The notes beneath the pieces were generated by a model that searched no databases, had not been told where the DNA came from, and saw only the letters and a program-made list of their open reading frames with translations. Positions 1-10,343 of a stretch of DNA of 64,000 nucleotides are shown here, in pieces; within the stretch, counting starts at the first letter, position 1; each line of letters opens with the position of its first letter. Location of the stretch: the NCBI GenBank assembly GCA_964012805.1, contig CAXGUD010000004.1:1-64000 (forward strand), read 5' to 3'. Origin of the DNA: an uncultured Bacteriovoracaceae bacterium (lineage in GTDB: Bacteria; Bdellovibrionota; Bacteriovoracia; Bacteriovoracales; Bacteriovoracaceae). Both the position numbers and the translations under genes were made by a program.

Positions 1-1203
1 ACCTTTTTTGAGTTTAACCTATCAGATAAAGAGGGTTTGAAGGCCTATAAGCGATTTTTGAGAGGTGATGTGACACATGCTCAAAAATTGGCCCTAAAAG
101 TCAAAGCTGCTAAAGGTTTCACCTCAGTTTTTTCAAAAAAGAGTAACCTTCGTAGAGGTTTAATGAAAACGCCCGTAAGGCCTTTGATGACATATGAGTC
201 AAAAATTTCTGGGAATGAAGCAAAAGGAAAATTGGACATCCCCGTATTGATTGGACTGAAAGCAAAAAGAGGGGAGAATATCGTTATAACAAAAACTAAA
301 GTAGCAGACTCAGGACTCACCGTTAAAACTCATTTAGGAGTTTGGAAGGATGAAAGAGAAACGTTTGGTCTTTTGAAAAGAAATAACTATAGACTTGCCA
401 TGTTTGCGGGGAACTTTCAAAGAATATTTAAGCACACTCCAACAGGCGAGGTCCTCGTTCAAAATAGGTATGGAGGAAACTACAAGTATCAATACCACTC
501 TGAGAAGTTGATGGAAGGGGAGCTTGAGGAAGAAATTATTAATCTTGCTTCAAGGGTTGGGTTTAAAGAAAAGTTGAGCCAGTTAAAAATAAACCAAGCT
601 GCCGTCAATATTAGACAGTATTTAGAATGGAAGGGGAAAGAAGTCAGCTTAAAAGGAAAAAAGATTGCTTTAGGTCCAAAGAGTAAGAAAAAAACTTTGG
701 GGAGTACCAAAATATCAGCAGATCTCATGATTGGTATGACTGCTGTTAAGCAACTTATTTATAAGGCGATTAGCAACGGAAGAAACTGGGAAAGGCAAGC
801 TGAGACCAGGGCCAAAAAGTGGTTTTCTAATGATAAAAACAAAAGGTGGGAGCTTTGTACCGTTTTATTAAAAAACTGGAGTACCAAGCTAGGAAGAAAG
901 TTTTGCGAAGTCAAAGTTTTAAAAAATTCCAGAGATGGAATGAACTTGGCTTATAAATCGTTAGTTCGTATGCAAAAAAATATTGCTGATCATGACTATA
1001 AAGGATTCTCTAAAAACTTTTCTAAATTTGGAAAGGGAATGACTACGAACCAATTTACATTCAACACAATACTTAGCCAGGCCACTGAAGGAGATGTTCA
1101 TTTTATTATTCAATGGGAAGGAGAGCGTATTCCAAAGGGAGAATTAGTTTTAATTAATTCAAAAAAGTTCAAGTATAATGGGCTAAGAAGGGTTAGAAAG
1201 TAA
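1..1203 (+). CDS. Basic hypothetical protein, 5'-truncated by the window edge; paralogue of the next gene
   Basis: Frame is open from base 1 (TFFEFNLSDKEGLKAYKRFLRG), matching IFYEFNLADTQGREAFKWFLMG of 1230..3260. Shared blocks RYxGNxKY, KNKRWExCT, GKGxxTNQFT and GERIPKGELVLI. Confidence 0.85.
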   Translation, partial: TFFEFNLSDKEGLKAYKRFLRGDVTHAQKLALKVKAAKGFTSVFSKKSNLRRGLMKTPVRPLMTYESKISGNEAKGKLDIPVLIGLKAKRGENIVITKTKVADSGLTVKTHLGVWKDERETFGLLKRNNYRLAMFAGNFQRIFKHTPTGEVLVQNRYGGNYKYQYHSEKLMEGELEEEIINLASRVGFKEKLSQLKINQAAVNIRQYLEWKGKEVSLKGKKIALGPKSKKKTLGSTKISADLMIGMTAVKQLIYKAISNGRNWERQAETRAKKWFSNDKNKRWELCTVLLKNWSTKLGRKFCEVKVLKNSRDGMNLAYKSLVRMQKNIADHDYKGFSKNFSKFGKGMTTNQFTFNTILSQATEGDVHFIIQWEGERIPKGELVLINSKKFKYNGLRRVRK

Positions 1204-1229
1204 ACGTTTTAAATTTTAGGTTTTAGAAA

Positions 1230-3260
1230 ATGAGAAGCTTCTTACTTTTTTTCTCAATAAATTTATTCTTGTTAAAGGGTCTGATGGGACAAACTGTCGG
1301 ACCCTCGATAAGAAATGCGAAAGACTGGATGCCTAATGGGGTTTTGGTTGATAAGTTAGGAAATGTTTCCTACAACATTGGCCGTTTTGATCAATCCCGG
1401 ACTCCTGATAATATGGCCAAAAACTTTACCTTTCATGGAGAAGTCAGGCGTAAAACTCAGATTGTGAATTTGAGTAAGAAAGAAGTCTTTATATTAGACC
1501 CTAACCAAGCCGAAAATGCTCCTCCTCCAAACGATGGCTCTGGCTTTTTAGTTTCAAAAGAATTTAGGTTAGGGGATTGGGGTTTTGGTCTTTCAGAAGA
1601 TATAAAAATTTGGGGAGATGTAGAGAAACAATTTTTTAAGATTGATTACGGGACGGGGCCTTTTGCAGGTATGTCATTTGAAATAGGTGCAGGCCTTATG
1701 GGAACCCTCTTTGTTAAAAAATACAGTGACATTAAAAAGCTTCCCAAAATAATTACCTTACCAACCTCCATCAAGGCCTTAAATAAGTTTAAAGTAGGAG
1801 ATCGGATTTCCTATTATATAAATGGAGGGATAGGGGTCGCTGCAGGCTTTGGAGTGGGGGTCAGTATCCTTCCTTTAATTGGAGCCTCTTTTGGGCCCGA
1901 TGCAAGGCTTATTCTTTCTGGTACCTGGTATTGCGAAATACAAAAAACAGGCTTGACGACAGTTTCTGTCCGCTACACGAAAAGAAAATTGAAAAAAGTA
2001 ATCGCTCAAATAGGACTTTCAGTTATTCAGGAAATCAATGCATTGAAATTTAAAAAAATGAGTGGTCTTGATAAAGGTATCTTTTATGAGTTTAACCTCG
2101 CAGACACTCAAGGTCGGGAGGCCTTCAAATGGTTTTTGATGGGAAACACAGCTAAAGCTTCTAAACTTGCTCATAAGCTTAAAGCAGCGAAGGCCTTTGC
2201 TCTTTCAGGTGTTACAACAAGAAAAATGGCCGGAAGGATTATGAAGAGCGCTGTGAGGCCACTAGATTTTTCCAAAATGAAAGTTAAGTTAAAGGAAAAA
2301 TCAGTTCTTTTTTCTATACCAGGCATCGCATCTATGAAGATGAAAAAGATTAAAAGCCGGGTGGCAAGTGATTATAGGCCAATAAATGATGATTCAACTC
2401 TTCAAACGACTCTAGGTATCTATGGTTTTGAACGGGAAATCTATGGTTGGAGGGATGGAAATAGAAATCAGTTAAGTCTTTTTATAGGGAGCCTTCAAAA
2501 TATAAAGAAAGTGAACCTCGATGGTACTATAACTTTGACAAGAAGGTATGCCGGTAACTTTAAGTATGAGCATCACGCTTATAAGTTAAAGGAAGGAGAT
2601 CTTGAAAGAGAATTAATGTATGTGATGAATGAAATTGGCCAGAAAGAAAAAATTCTTAATTTAAAAATTCCTCAGGTCCCTGTTAACCTAAGAAAATATC
2701 TAAAAATTGGAAATAAAAAAGTTCCTTTAGGTTTAAAGCCTAAGAGGAAAACTCTAGGTTATGCCGCCTTATCAGTTGACTTGATAATGAGTATGAGCGC
2801 TATCGATAATCTTAAATCCCAGGCTTTATTTGGAAAAGCCAATGGATGGAAGAAGATAGGAGATAAGCTCGTAAATAACTGGTTTTCAAATAAGAAAAAT
2901 AAAAGATGGGAAATTTGCACAACGCTATTTAAAGGTAAAAAAAGCGTTATGGGAAGAAAAATATGCATTGGGCATATTTTAAGAAAAACTAAGAGGGGCT
3001 TAAAGTTAGCAAAGGAATCTCTTATAAGAATGCAAAAGGCCTTGGCGGATATGAATGACTCAGAGTTTGCAAAGCAATTTTCTTTTTTTGGAAAAGGACT
3101 TATGACTAACCAATTCACTCTCACAACTCTACTTAAGTCTTTAACTTATGGTGATGTCCACCTTGTTTTAAGCTATAAGGGTGAAAGGATTCCAAAGGGA
3201 GAGCTTGTCTTGATTCAATCAAAGAAGAGGAAGTTTAAAGGAATCAGGGTTATCGATTAA
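1230..3260 (+). CDS. Secreted Lys-rich hypothetical protein (676 aa)
   Basis: Long ORF with a signal-peptide-like N-terminus and a Gly-rich hydrophobic segment GGIGVAAGFGVGVSILPLIGASFG; tandem paralogue upstream. Confidence 0.85.
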   Translation: MRSFLLFFSINLFLLKGLMGQTVGPSIRNAKDWMPNGVLVDKLGNVSYNIGRFDQSRTPDNMAKNFTFHGEVRRKTQIVNLSKKEVFILDPNQAENAPPPNDGSGFLVSKEFRLGDWGFGLSEDIKIWGDVEKQFFKIDYGTGPFAGMSFEIGAGLMGTLFVKKYSDIKKLPKIITLPTSIKALNKFKVGDRISYYINGGIGVAAGFGVGVSILPLIGASFGPDARLILSGTWYCEIQKTGLTTVSVRYTKRKLKKVIAQIGLSVIQEINALKFKKMSGLDKGIFYEFNLADTQGREAFKWFLMGNTAKASKLAHKLKAAKAFALSGVTTRKMAGRIMKSAVRPLDFSKMKVKLKEKSVLFSIPGIASMKMKKIKSRVASDYRPINDDSTLQTTLGIYGFEREIYGWRDGNRNQLSLFIGSLQNIKKVNLDGTITLTRRYAGNFKYEHHAYKLKEGDLERELMYVMNEIGQKEKILNLKIPQVPVNLRKYLKIGNKKVPLGLKPKRKTLGYAALSVDLIMSMSAIDNLKSQALFGKANGWKKIGDKLVNNWFSNKKNKRWEICTTLFKGKKSVMGRKICIGHILRKTKRGLKLAKESLIRMQKALADMNDSEFAKQFSFFGKGLMTNQFTLTTLLKSLTYGDVHLVLSYKGERIPKGELVLIQSKKRKFKGIRVID

Positions 3261-3278
3261 CTACTTGTCTAATTTTAC

Positions 3279-4628
3279 TCAAAATAAATATTTGACCTCA
3301 AGACTTACTTGATCCATCCCGCTTAGCTGAGAAAGCATCGGGTTTGAATCATTAGATTTTTGAATATCTATAAGCGTGCAACCAAGAGTTGTTTCTAAAG
3401 AGTCACTTATCCTATAAGAACTGCTTGCATTAAATGAAGGGTTTTTTAAGCTGTCATAAAAAGTTATTCCTGCGTTCAGCTTTAAGTCTTCATTTAAAAA
3501 GCTTTTACTCCAATTTATCAAGAGAAGATGAGACCATGTTTCAGTTTTAGAACCTGAAAACTCCAAAATCCAATTCCCCCAAAGGTTGTGGTTATAGTCA
3601 GCTCCACCCATTAATGAAATGACATCTTTTTTCATAGAGGTAGGAATTTGTTGTCCAAAAAACTGAGCATAGGTTTGGGTAAGCTTTTCTTTTTCGTAGG
3701 CAGCTTCCGTTTTTAAAAGCATTTTCTTTAGAGCAATATCCATGGTGAATCCTAAGAAGAAATAGCGTTCATGCTTCTCTTCAAAAGAGAGATCAAAAGC
3801 ATTGATAGTGTCAAGAACTGCTTCTCTATTATGAATTGAGGCAAAAAGAAGAGCCGTAGAACCCCAATCTGACTCATAATTAATCCTTAAAGCCGCCTCT
3901 GAATTTTGCTCTTTTTTTGAGAATTCATCTTTGTTTTTAACATTGTAGTTTTTAGGAATACCATAGGGGTGACCCTGCTCTGGATAGATATTATAAAGCG
4001 GGAAAGGGATGGCGTACAAACTAAACTCAATATTTTTTAAGTAAAAGTCCCACTCTAAAAGGAGTTGGCCGGTCCTCGACTTTTCGATATCGGTGAGTAA
4101 AAGAAGAGAATTATCTTTTGGTGTTAAAACATCTGTTACGACTAAGGCATCAGCTTTTCCCCAGACAACGATTTTTTTTCCAACATAAACTGTGTTTTTT
4201 CCGAACGACTTTTGTAAATAAAGTTCTCTGAGCCGACTTTTAGGAAGGTGTTTTTTTGAAAAGGTTTCACCATCTTTTTCAATTTTAAAGGCAAAGTTAA
4301 ATTCACTATCGCCATCAAACTTAAGAAGAACAAGTGGGGCGTTAAGGCTTCCTTTAAGCTTTATGGAAGGCCCTAAGTAATTCCAACGGTTGGGAGATCC
4401 TATTTGCCTAGAAGATTTTAGCGTAATATTTCCATTAATATCAATTTTAAAAGAAGGTCTTTTATTTAAGCTTGGTGTTTTCTCCTCGCTTTCTTCATTT
4501 CCCTCAACTCCAAAATCAAACTCATCTTCGGAGGCAAAAGAGGTTGATGAATGAGAAAGAAAGACCATAACAAATGCTAGGAGTGAATATATGCTTATTG
4601 TCTTTATGAAAGATGCTTGATTCTTCAT
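3279..4628 (-). CDS. Outer-membrane beta-barrel protein, DUF1302-like
   Basis: Signal peptide, LRELYL..VGKKIVVWGKAD...DVLTP motif, C-terminal beta-signal VSLEVKYLF; third gene of the MMPL operon. Confidence 0.7.
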   Translation of the reverse strand: MKNQASFIKTISIYSLLAFVMVFLSHSSTSFASEDEFDFGVEGNEESEEKTPSLNKRPSFKIDINGNITLKSSRQIGSPNRWNYLGPSIKLKGSLNAPLVLLKFDGDSEFNFAFKIEKDGETFSKKHLPKSRLRELYLQKSFGKNTVYVGKKIVVWGKADALVVTDVLTPKDNSLLLLTDIEKSRTGQLLLEWDFYLKNIEFSLYAIPFPLYNIYPEQGHPYGIPKNYNVKNKDEFSKKEQNSEAALRINYESDWGSTALLFASIHNREAVLDTINAFDLSFEEKHERYFFLGFTMDIALKKMLLKTEAAYEKEKLTQTYAQFFGQQIPTSMKKDVISLMGGADYNHNLWGNWILEFSGSKTETWSHLLLINWSKSFLNEDLKLNAGITFYDSLKNPSFNASSSYRISDSLETTLGCTLIDIQKSNDSNPMLSQLSGMDQVSLEVKYLF

Positions 4629-5572
4629 TATCTTTGCCCATAAATCTTTTGAAGCTCAGATTCCAGGAATGTTTCATCTTTAAGGGCCCTTAAACTTATT
4701 AAATCTTCGCTGAATTTAGGGTTAATTAGAACAGATTTAAGTTTAAGCATGCTCATTCTGCTTTTTTGATGATTGATAACGATCATTCTTTTCGCAATCC
4801 ATACACCATTTATTTTTTCAACCTTACTTTGTTTAAATGTCTTAAGGAGAAAGCCTCTTTTATCGTAATTTTCCGTTTTTAAAACAATATAAGAGTTTTT
4901 GGAAATCCAGGAAATGCTCTTACCATAAGACCTGGTTTTGGCCTTTTTTGCATTAGGGGTCATCTCAATAACCCAAGTAGGTGTGTTTTTGACTTTATCC
5001 TCTTTAACGAGTTTATAATTAAAGTCATTTTCGTGGTGTTTTTCTATATCTTCATAAGATATTTCAGAACCAAAAAAGCTTCCCGTTTTTGGACCATCTT
5101 CATCTCCAACAACACGCTTTGTTTTTTTAAGAGCAGGAAGAAACATCCACTGATCGCTGGACTTACCCTCTTCTATATAATCTACCTGCATAAAGCCTAA
5201 ACCTTTTTCGCTGGCCGGTTTTTTAATGAGGCTTAGGCTTTTGGCATCAATTTTATCTTTTTTAATTTCTATCGCTATTGATTTGAATTCCTTAATCCTT
5301 GGAGGAGAAGAGCACTTTTTTTTAGACTTGTTTTTTTGCTTAACGACTTCAAATTGGCAACTTAAGAGAATATTGGAGACATAGCTACTCTTTCCTTCAT
5401 TTCTATTGAAAACCTTTTTCATAATCTCTTTAGGTGTGGGTGATTCAGCTTTCAATTCTTCTCCCTTCGAGAGAGAAGAATTGAATAAGTTAAAGAAGGT
5501 AAAGAGGGAAAAGCAGATAAAAAGTAAGCGATGAAAGTTAAACTTTTTAATAGTGCTGATAATAGAAATCAT
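4628..5572 (-). CDS. Outer-membrane lipoprotein-sorting (LolA-like) periplasmic protein
   Basis: DQWMFLPALKKTKRV...GSFFGSEISYED motif typical of this family; overlaps both neighbours. Confidence 0.85.
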   Translation of the reverse strand: MISIISTIKKFNFHRLLFICFSLFTFFNLFNSSLSKGEELKAESPTPKEIMKKVFNRNEGKSSYVSNILLSCQFEVVKQKNKSKKKCSSPPRIKEFKSIAIEIKKDKIDAKSLSLIKKPASEKGLGFMQVDYIEEGKSSDQWMFLPALKKTKRVVGDEDGPKTGSFFGSEISYEDIEKHHENDFNYKLVKEDKVKNTPTWVIEMTPNAKKAKTRSYGKSISWISKNSYIVLKTENYDKRGFLLKTFKQSKVEKINGVWIAKRMIVINHQKSRMSMLKLKSVLINPKFSEDLISLRALKDETFLESELQKIYGQR

Positions 5573-8172
5573 GATAATTCTCCTTGGGCCAAAGGTCGTT
5601 TTTTCTTTTCAAGCCAGAAGATAATTGTTGGTAGTAAAAAGAGGTCTGCCAATAAGGCCGTGAAAATGGAGAGTGAAGACAAGATTCCAAAATAAGTAAA
5701 GGGCTTTGAAGCAGAAAGTGTAAAAGCTAAAAACCCTAAGGAAAGGACAAAGGAAGTGTAGATAAGAGCATGACCAACTTCTCTACAGGACTTGTCTAGG
5801 GCTGTTCCTACATCAGCTCCTTCATCCCTCAAGGTTTGATAATGCATGAGAAAGTGTATGGTATCATCAACAGCAAGGCCTATAGCAATGGGAACAACCA
5901 AAAGTGTATCTGAGTCAAGGGGAATGCCAAAATGACCTGTTAACCCTAAAATAACGAGAATTGGGAAAAGGTTTGGAATCAAGGCAAGGAGACCGAGGGT
6001 AAGTGATTTAAAGAGGAAGAAGAAGAGGATACTTATAACTCCGACAATAATTCCAAAAGACTGGATTTGGGAGATAGAGATATTTTCTGTCATTTTGTAC
6101 ATTAAAGGCACCATGCCCGTGAGATGAATTTTTAAATTAGGGTTTCTTTTTTTATACTCCTTAAAAATTTTTAGGGCTGTTAATTTAACTTGATCATTAA
6201 AGGGATTATATTCTTTTGATCCTTTTGTAACGAGGCTGACAGTTAGCCTTGCCATTTGCCAATCGTCATCAACAACAAGCTTACGAGTATTTGGGTCTGC
6301 CGTTTCAAAACTAAAAAGGGTTTGGTCCAGGATATTTTTTTTATTCGGAATGATATAATTTTTGTCGTTTTCTGTTAACGTCTCGTAAGATTTTTTCGTT
6401 AATTTTGAAAGCGAGTAAACTCTGGAGACAAGATCAGGCCATTCATCTTTTATAGTTTGGCTTAATTTGTCCAGACTTTTTAAAAACTGAGGGTCTTTAA
6501 CTCCGTCAATTTTTCCTGTATCTAAAAGGATCTCAATGGAAGCTGTTCCTCCAAAGTACTTATCTATAGTCTTGTAGGATTCTATAAAACCATAGCCTGG
6601 TTTAACCATATTGATCATATTTGTATCGATAAAAACTTTAGGTATACCAAAAGAAAGGGCAACCGCTATAAGTAAAAAAGGTATAATAACCGTTTTTCTT
6701 TTGGTTTTAGACCAAAGGTTCATCTTAGTAATAATAGGGTCTAAGTGCGATTTTTTCTTTTCGTGTTCTTTAACTTTTAAAGGGAAATAGGTTAAGAATA
6801 TGGGTAATAAGATGATGGTCATAAAAAAGGCGAAGAAGATGCCAAGTGCTGTAAAAAGAGCAAAAACTTTTATTGGTACGACTGGTGAAAAAGTCAAGGA
6901 TCCTAAACCGGCCATTGTCGTTATCGTCGTTAGTGCAATGCTGGAAGCACACTTCTTATATGATAGTAATAAAGCCTCTTCGTGGGAGTAATTTTGTCGT
7001 AAGTAATATCGAACTCCGGAGAGGAGGTGGATGGAGTCAGCGACTCCTACTGCAAGGACCATAAAAGCCAGAATATTAATCATCATTGTTTGAGTTATGC
7101 CACTCATACCTATGAAACCCATAGTCCAAATCAGGCTTGTGATAACAACGACGGAAGGCCAAATCATGCCACTAAAAGAGCGGAAGGCATAAAAAAGGCT
7201 TCCCAAAATGAGGACCATTGAGAGAGCAAAAATAAGACCAAATTCTTTCAAAATGATTTTTGCAAAAAAGCCCATGAGCCATGGGTTTCCTGCCATATGA
7301 TAAGAAACCATGTCTTGTAGGTTATTTTTGGAATTCTCTTTAATGGAATCTTTATCGACGGAGTGATAGAAACTATTTTCTTCCAGCACCTTTTTCAATT
7401 CGTCAATAAAGACGACGTAATCTTCCATTTGAGGAGACTCGAGTTCGGGTACTTTATCAAGGTCTATAATTTTTCCCCTGACTTTATCTTGATCTGTATT
7501 GGGAGGATTTTCAAAGGAGAAGTCTTCATCTGCCTCATCGGTCTCAGTTGCTACTTCCTTTGACACGTCTTTTTTAGGCGCTGTTGAACTCTCTTTAGTA
7601 GAAGTGGGTTTGACTCGGGCACCATAATCCGTTTCAATGAGAAGCGCACCATATTGAAAGTCATCTGAAAAGAATGTTCCTTTGATGTCCTCTTCTTCAA
7701 GCGCCTTTTTCTTTAATTTTGTCCATTCCTCTTTTGATGAAGGGATTTTTTTTACGAATGGTCTATTTATTAAGGAGTCATTTTTTGATTCCAGGTAATC
7801 AGCTGATAAAAGAGATCTAACTCTTTTTATCCTTTTTAGCGGGGATTTTTGGTCCATTCTTTTTTCATTGAGAAACTTTTCTAGCTTTTGAACTTTTTGA
7901 AAGGTGTCTTCATCGAAAATATTACCTTTTTGGTTTTTAAACATTAAGATGAGTGATTCATCAGAGCCATAAAGATATCGGAAAAGCCTAAAGACTCGGA
8001 TAGTCTGGTCCCCTGACTCCAGCCACGAGTCCATGGATTGATCAACTTTGATCTTAGGAATTGAGAAACCAAGGAAAACCGTCGCTACAAACATAAGCAG
8101 AAGGGTTTTTAATCGGTTTTGTGTCGTGGTGCGAAAGATGGTAAGGAGAATTTGAGTTAATTTTTGGACCAT
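5569..8172 (-). CDS. MMPL-family RND transporter
   Basis: Two-fold repeated TM architecture with GVADSIH and GLAVDDTIHF motifs and two large periplasmic loops. Confidence 0.9.
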   Translation of the reverse strand: MVQKLTQILLTIFRTTTQNRLKTLLLMFVATVFLGFSIPKIKVDQSMDSWLESGDQTIRVFRLFRYLYGSDESLILMFKNQKGNIFDEDTFQKVQKLEKFLNEKRMDQKSPLKRIKRVRSLLSADYLESKNDSLINRPFVKKIPSSKEEWTKLKKKALEEEDIKGTFFSDDFQYGALLIETDYGARVKPTSTKESSTAPKKDVSKEVATETDEADEDFSFENPPNTDQDKVRGKIIDLDKVPELESPQMEDYVVFIDELKKVLEENSFYHSVDKDSIKENSKNNLQDMVSYHMAGNPWLMGFFAKIILKEFGLIFALSMVLILGSLFYAFRSFSGMIWPSVVVITSLIWTMGFIGMSGITQTMMINILAFMVLAVGVADSIHLLSGVRYYLRQNYSHEEALLLSYKKCASSIALTTITTMAGLGSLTFSPVVPIKVFALFTALGIFFAFFMTIILLPIFLTYFPLKVKEHEKKKSHLDPIITKMNLWSKTKRKTVIIPFLLIAVALSFGIPKVFIDTNMINMVKPGYGFIESYKTIDKYFGGTASIEILLDTGKIDGVKDPQFLKSLDKLSQTIKDEWPDLVSRVYSLSKLTKKSYETLTENDKNYIIPNKKNILDQTLFSFETADPNTRKLVVDDDWQMARLTVSLVTKGSKEYNPFNDQVKLTALKIFKEYKKRNPNLKIHLTGMVPLMYKMTENISISQIQSFGIIVGVISILFFFLFKSLTLGLLALIPNLFPILVILGLTGHFGIPLDSDTLLVVPIAIGLAVDDTIHFLMHYQTLRDEGADVGTALDKSCREVGHALIYTSFVLSLGFLAFTLSASKPFTYFGILSSLSIFTALLADLFLLPTIIFWLEKKKRPLAQGELS

Positions 8173-8370
8173 TGAGAAAACCTTAATGAATTAGTCAACT
8201 GAACGTATAGCTGGATATTAATGTTTTTCCTTCAGAATGGAAATCATCTTTCATTAAAACAACTAAAATATTTTGGTCATGAGGTTCTTTCTTCGATTGG
8301 AAGAAATTGGAAAATAAAATAGAATAATAATGACGGAAAGGTGAATATCAAAGTTTTCTGGGGATAAATA

Positions 8371-8748
8371 TTGAAAGTAATGGTCATAGATGATTCAGAA
8401 ACCGTTCGAATAAAAATTACTCAAATTATTAAAGATAAGGGTCATGAAGTTATTGAAGCGGAGAATGGCCAAATAGCCCTTGATATAATTACTAAGACGC
8501 TAGATATAGATTTTTGTATCTGCGATATAAATATGCCAGAGATGGATGGCCTGACTCTTGTAGAAGAGGTAAGGAGAAGAGATTGGGATAAGAAAAACCT
8601 TGTTTTCGTAATGTGTACAACTGAAACAAGTGCTGGGCACAAAATGAAGGCCAAAGAGCTGGGAGTTAGAGGATGGCTGCATAAACCTTTTAAAAATGCT
8701 CAGATAGAGCAATTACTCGAATTTATGGCAAAAGAATCTAATAGCTAA
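8371..8748 (+). CDS. Single-domain CheY-like response regulator
   Basis: VIDDS, CDINMPEMDG, MCTTE and KPF receiver motifs. Confidence 0.92.
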   Translation: MKVMVIDDSETVRIKITQIIKDKGHEVIEAENGQIALDIITKTLDIDFCICDINMPEMDGLTLVEEVRRRDWDKKNLVFVMCTTETSAGHKMKAKELGVRGWLHKPFKNAQIEQLLEFMAKESNS

Positions 8749-8770
8749 GGTTTATAATAAAAAATTTTTC

Positions 8771-9091
8771 TCAATCAGAAACTTGCTGTTTTATCCAATT
8801 TAAAAAACTTTCGTGTCCTCCCTCAATGGGAATATGTAAAACAGCGGGGCACTCATAGGGGTGTAATTCTAAAATTTTCTTTTCTAAGGATTTTACCTTC
8901 TCTTTTGTTGTTTTCATAATGAGAGAGACTTCACTTTCTTCACAGATTTCGCCTTTCCATTCATAAATTGAAGTCATATTTTCCAGGATATTTGAGCAAG
9001 CAATTAGCTTTTCTTTGACAAGGGTCTTTGAAATTTCTACTGCTTCTGCTTTTTTGGATAGGGTGGTATAAACCCATAGGAAATTTGTCAT
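8771..9091 (-). CDS. cutA: Divalent-cation tolerance protein CutA
   Basis: LIACSNI, SIYEWKG..EE.E, HPYECP motifs; 106 aa. Confidence 0.95.
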   Translation of the reverse strand: MTNFLWVYTTLSKKAEAVEISKTLVKEKLIACSNILENMTSIYEWKGEICEESEVSLIMKTTKEKVKSLEKKILELHPYECPAVLHIPIEGGHESFLNWIKQQVSD

Positions 9092-9354
9092 AAAAATGAT
9101 CTCTTAAATAGTAGGGAGCTTTTGGGCCCACGTTTGCTTCTAAGCATTGTGACTTCTCACTTTTCCATCTAATCAGTAATTTCTTATCCAAGCAACCAGT
9201 TTTAATTTCTCTTAAATCAGTTTTATCCTTTATGTTTACCAAAGTTAGTTGTGAAGGATAGATTATCTTAATATTCAATATCATCACAGTTCACCCAATT
9301 TTGTTTAAATTAAAAGAAAAGTAGGGGTAAAAGTAATTCAAGTTACTATAACTT

Positions 9355-9381
9355 TAAAACTTTTAAAAATTGGCCCGATAG
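9355..9381 (+). promoter_or_regulatory. FliA (sigma28)-like promoter
   Basis: TAAA-N15-CCCGATAG versus consensus TAAA-N15-GCCGATAA. Confidence 0.5.
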
Positions 9382-9756
9382 AATATGAGGCACTTTGTAC
9401 AAAGTCAGACAGCGTATCTTTACATAATTTAGACAATTGATTTATTTAAGCATTACGAAAGTATTTTTTGCAAATTAAAAATATTTAAACTTAATTATTT
9501 AAAAAGTTTAGAGACTATTTTGAGTGATTTTTTCAACAAAACTAAGGTTATAAATTAGGGTTGTTTATAAATGACTTGCCTTTTATACCACCAATTTTCC
9601 CCTAAAACTTTCCAATTAGGAGTAAAATTACATTAGTAGGGCGATTTCTTTAGGAAACTTTTTTTAAACCGATATAACATTTGTACATCTTTTTCAAAGA
9701 AAGTTTCCAACTTACAAGTGGTAAGAGGAGCAAAAGATCTAAGAGGGTTTAGCAGC

Positions 9757-10125
9757 ATGAAGGTTCTTATCATAGAAGATTCAGAAGATTTTAGAAGCAA
9801 GATGAGGTCTCTTCTCGAGATCCTTGATTATGAGGTTTTAGAGGCTTCGGATGGTCTTGAAGGAATTGATCTGATTAAGAGCGAACGGGATATTGGGTTA
9901 ATTATCTCGGACCTTCATATGCCCAATTTAGACGGCCTTTCTATGTGTAAGAAGATCAGAAGCGAAAATATAGAAACTGAAGCACCAATATTAATGGTTA
10001 CTACAGAAGCCAGCCCAAAACTAAAAAAAGAAGGTACTGACGCTGGTGTCTATAAGTGGATTTTAAAGCCAGTTTCTGATAAAAAGTTCCTTACAATGGT
10101 GGAAAAAATAGTATCCAGACCTTAA
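9757..10125 (+). CDS. Single-domain CheY-like response regulator
   Basis: MKVLIIEDS, SDLHMPNLDG, MVTTE, KPV. ATG 9757 preferred over GTG 9718 because it matches the receiver N-terminus. Confidence 0.9.
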   Translation: MKVLIIEDSEDFRSKMRSLLEILDYEVLEASDGLEGIDLIKSERDIGLIISDLHMPNLDGLSMCKKIRSENIETEAPILMVTTEASPKLKKEGTDAGVYKWILKPVSDKKFLTMVEKIVSRP

Positions 10126-10191
10126 TCCCAAAAAACTAAATCTCAAAATTGTTATATTTAGTTATCAAAAAATTATTTGATTTCCCCTGTG

Positions 10192-10231
10192 ATTTTTAAT
10201 CAAAGCATGGACTTATGCTTTGATTAAAAAT
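10192..10231. repeat. Perfect 17-bp inverted repeat (terminator or operator)
   Basis: ATTTTTAATCAAAGCAT-ggactt-ATGCTTTGATTAAAAAT. Confidence 0.75.
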
Positions 10232-10343
10232 ATTCCCAAACAATTAAAAAGACTTTAAAAATTAAAAAAATTGCTGAGAATTATCTTAATGTACTTGTTG
10301 AAATACACCGATAAAAGGAGCTGGAAAGAGGTAGTAAATAAAA

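Noticed and set aside
8961..9287. 108-aa minus-strand ORF
   Set aside because: Overlaps cutA out of frame by 130 bp, has no clear RBS or motif; probably spurious.
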